From the NCBI GenBank assembly GCA_041497895.1, contig JBGQHJ010000053.1, positions 1-28,515 on the forward strand: 28,515 nucleotides of DNA. The letters run 5' to 3'. The position numbers were made by a program, and so were the translations under genes. Shown in pieces: positions 28,014 through 28,515 of the stretch. The DNA comes from Candidatus Methylomirabilia bacterium. GTDB taxonomy: Bacteria; Methylomirabilota; Methylomirabilia; Rokubacteriales; CSP1-6. Below the pieces are notes generated by a model, which was given only the letters and a program-made list of their open reading frames with translations, searched no databases and had not been told where the DNA came from. How positions within the stretch are numbered: the stretch's first letter is position 1; each line of letters starts with the position of its first letter.

Positions 28014-28515
28014 GCGCACCGCCCGCGCAGAGCGCGACCGCGACGCCGGCCACCTGGGCCGACGTCAACCGTGACGTCATCCGCACCATCGGGATGCCGG
28101 GCGAGAAGTACTTCGCCTGGATGTGCCTGGTGGCGCTGACGCTCGCGTGCGGGGTCGCGGCCTGGACCTGGCAGATCTGGGTCGGTATCGGGGCGGCCGG
28201 CAAGCGGACCCCCCAGATGTGGGCGATGTACATCACCACCTTCGTGTTCTGGATCGGTATCGGCCACGCGGGGACGCTGATCTCCGCGGTCCTCTACCTG
28301 TTCCGGGCGCGGTGGCGTACCGCGATCTACCGCGGGGCGGAGGCGATGACCGTCTTCGCGGTCATGACCGCGGGGCTCTTCCCGCTCATCCACGCCGGCC
28401 GCATGTGGTTCGCCTACTGGCTGATGCCGTACCCCAACCAGCGCTATCTCTGGCCGAACTTCAAGTCGCCGCTGGTGTGGGACGTGTTCGCGATCTCGAC
28501 CTACCTGACCATCAG
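28010..28515 (+). CDS. actC: Alternative complex III subunit C (NrfD family), truncated by the window end
   Basis: My own translation: ...YITTFVFWIGIGHAGTLISAVL...AEAMTVFAV...IHAGR.W...WPNFKSPLVWDVFAISTY. ATGA overlap with actB. Absent from the ORF track. Confidence 0.9.
   Translation, partial: MSAPPAQSATATPATWADVNRDVIRTIGMPGEKYFAWMCLVALTLACGVAAWTWQIWVGIGAAGKRTPQMWAMYITTFVFWIGIGHAGTLISAVLYLFRARWRTAIYRGAEAMTVFAVMTAGLFPLIHAGRMWFAYWLMPYPNQRYLWPNFKSPLVWDVFAISTYLTI

Overview
High-GC bacterial chromosomal window with all real genes on the + strand. Style and gene order suggest a Deltaproteobacteria/Nitrospirota/Rokubacteria-like organism, which is inference only. Block 1 (68-9889) is a housekeeping cluster: ilvB-ilvN-ilvC-psd-pssA-leuA-leuB-asd-truA plus a small hypothetical gene; leuCD and ilvD are absent. 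Block 2 (10060-14763) is a Tat-exported, selenocysteine-containing formate dehydrogenase (in-frame UGA plus a SECIS hairpin) with an Fe-S subunit and an NrfD/PsrC-type anchor; its sigma70 promoter carries a FadR-type palindrome. Block 3 (14845-24821) is a tightly coupled run: fdhD-fdhE-ccsA/hemX-like-hemA-hemC-hemD-hemB-[CymR-like Rrf2, cysK, ubiquitin-like sulfur carrier, JAMM peptidase]-hemL. Block 4 (24984-end) is the start of an alternative complex III operon (actB, partial actC) with no actA in front and a Rex/CRP-like site over the -10. The most unusual element is the sulfur-relay cassette inside the heme operon: the carrier's C-terminal Gly-Gly is masked by a tail built from tandem DNA repeats of its own C-terminal motif. 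I saw no CRISPR array, tRNA/rRNA gene or transposase.
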